64,000 bases of DNA from an uncultured virus (IMG/VR IMGVR_UViG_3300042294_002635). Taxonomy: Duplodnaviria; Heunggongvirae; Uroviricota; Caudoviricetes. Made by a program: the position numbers and the translations under genes. This document shows positions 62,813-64,000 of the stretch, in pieces (positions within the stretch are counted from its first letter, which is position 1; each line of letters opens with the position of its first letter). The notes beneath the pieces are model-generated. The model had not been told where the DNA came from. It worked only from the letters and a program-made list of their open reading frames with translations, and did not search any database. Location: IMG/VR virus record IMGVR_UViG_3300042294_002635. One strand, given 5' to 3'.

Positions 62813-63316
62813 ATGGGACTTGACTCCTACCTTTACGCTAAGAAATACCTTGGCAACTACGACCATTCGTCCGACGAAGAAAAAGAAACGTACAACAAGA
62901 TTGTAACAGCTTTGGGTCTGACCGACTTTGCAGCCGTTAGGCGCAACAGTCTTTACACGCGAGTCGAAGTGGCTTACTGGCGTAAAGCCAACCACATTCA
63001 CAAGTTCTTTGTGGATCTATCTGAGGGAGAAGACAAATGCGAAGACATTGATGTTGGCCGAGACGACTTGGTAGAACTTCTCTCTCGGTGCAAAAAACTC
63101 CTCGAAAGTAGGGACACCCCTGCGGAAACAAACACAGTGAACCCTGCGGAGATCCTACCAACCGAAGGGGGATTCTTTTTCGGCTCGACAGACTACGGTG
63201 AGAATTACTACGCCGACCTTGAACACACAGTCAAAGTCCTGGAGAAAGTCCTCAACCACCCTGCTATCCCTGATGGAGACTGGAGTTGGACTTTCGTGTA
63301 CCGTGCCTCTTGGTGA
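62813..63316 (+). CDS. conserved phage hypothetical protein
   Basis: 'MGLDSYL...YWRKANHIH...LPT..GFFFGSTDY...Y.ASW'. Confidence 0.7.
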   Translation: MGLDSYLYAKKYLGNYDHSSDEEKETYNKIVTALGLTDFAAVRRNSLYTRVEVAYWRKANHIHKFFVDLSEGEDKCEDIDVGRDDLVELLSRCKKLLESRDTPAETNTVNPAEILPTEGGFFFGSTDYGENYYADLEHTVKVLEKVLNHPAIPDGDWSWTFVYRASW

Positions 63317-63422
63317 GTGAAGCTACCACTGTAAACCCACTAAAGTTCCCTTAGTTCATTTGGACGGGAGCAAAGTTGATACAGCTTTAATTTGTATCCA
63401 AACAAACAATCAACTTGAGAAA

Positions 63423-64000
63423 ATGACAACCTTTTTAAACGCACTCGAAAACGAGTTTAACCAAACTACCACTGCAAACGGTGCAAAGGCATACAAGTCC
63501 ACCGAGTCTAAGTGCCTGGACCTTTTTGGAAAGATTGCAGCTTGCCGTGACAACATCAGCGAAGCAACTCGCCTATTCAATCTTGCTTATGCCGTCGCCC
63601 CTGAGACCGCAACTCGAATCTTATTTTGGGCACGCGACATTCGTGGGGGCCAGGGAGAGCGAAAGATCTTTCGAGAAGTTTTTAAGGAACTCGTCCGCAA
63701 TGACACCGCTGTCGGTGAGAAACTCGTCGGGCTAATTCCACAGTACGGGCGCTGGGACGACCTTGTTGCACTCGAAGGAACTTCCGTGTGGAACGTTGCA
63801 CTCGAAGTGATTAAAGAACAGCTTAACGCCGATCTAAACACGGAAATTGGAAAGTCCGTTTCACTTCTGGCAAAGTGGCTGCCTTCCATTAACGCATCGA
63901 GCCAAGAATCCAAGCGAGTTGGCCGCCTTATCGCCAAGGAAATGGGTTGGACCGAGAGGCAGTACCGCAAGGCTCTGACTGCCCTCAGGTCACAAGTCAA
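63423..64000 (+). CDS. DUF2828 / TROVE-like protein, runs off window end
   Basis: Own translation from ATG 63423: T.NGA..Y.ST...CLDLF, FWARDIRGGQGER, YGRWDDL, LAKWLPS.NASS; absent from the ORF track because no stop falls within the window. Confidence 0.75.
   Translation, partial: MTTFLNALENEFNQTTTANGAKAYKSTESKCLDLFGKIAACRDNISEATRLFNLAYAVAPETATRILFWARDIRGGQGERKIFREVFKELVRNDTAVGEKLVGLIPQYGRWDDLVALEGTSVWNVALEVIKEQLNADLNTEIGKSVSLLAKWLPSINASSQESKRVGRLIAKEMGWTERQYRKALTALRSQV

Noticed and set aside
123..64000. Most minus-strand and nested ORFs in the track (e.g. 34035-34598, 48901-49365, 63587-64000)
   Set aside because: They are shadows of better-supported + strand genes, with no motifs or promoters.

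Overview
This window is a 64-kb segment of a large dsDNA (jumbo-like) phage genome, most likely infecting a Synechococcus/Cyanobium-type cyanobacterium. The host inference rests on a permuted two-piece tmRNA with an ANNIV... tag, short-type EF-Ts, a SwmB-like domain and CCA-less tRNA genes. It is an accessory/early region: almost all genes lie on the + strand, most are small hypotheticals, and there are no clear structural or replication genes. About 29 copies of one composite element divide it into short units. The element is 1-3 GGGCGG-N4-CCSCCC dyad boxes plus a TTGTTT-N17-TATAGT sigma70-type promoter, and it often starts at the stop codon of the preceding gene. Recognisable cargo falls into four groups. 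(1) Translation and RNA repair: 6 tRNAs, tmRNA, EF-Ts, TyrRS, a Pth2-like protein, two RNA ligases, a 2H phosphoesterase, a metallophosphoesterase, a nucleotidyltransferase and a DUF2828/TROVE-like gene. (2) NAD/ADP-ribose: a Prs-like + Nampt-like pair (NARP1-type), ADP-ribosylglycohydrolase, macrodomain, SLOG/DprA-like and a possible ADP-ribosyltransferase. (3) Envelope: lysozyme, RlpA, pilin-like and outer-membrane barrel. (4) Others: a vanadium haloperoxidase-like gene, radical SAM, MazG-like, an orphan HigA, an HNH, and a GIY-YIG homing endonuclease that appears to have replaced the 3' end of an RNA ligase gene. All functional calls come from motif recognition by eye; no searches were run.
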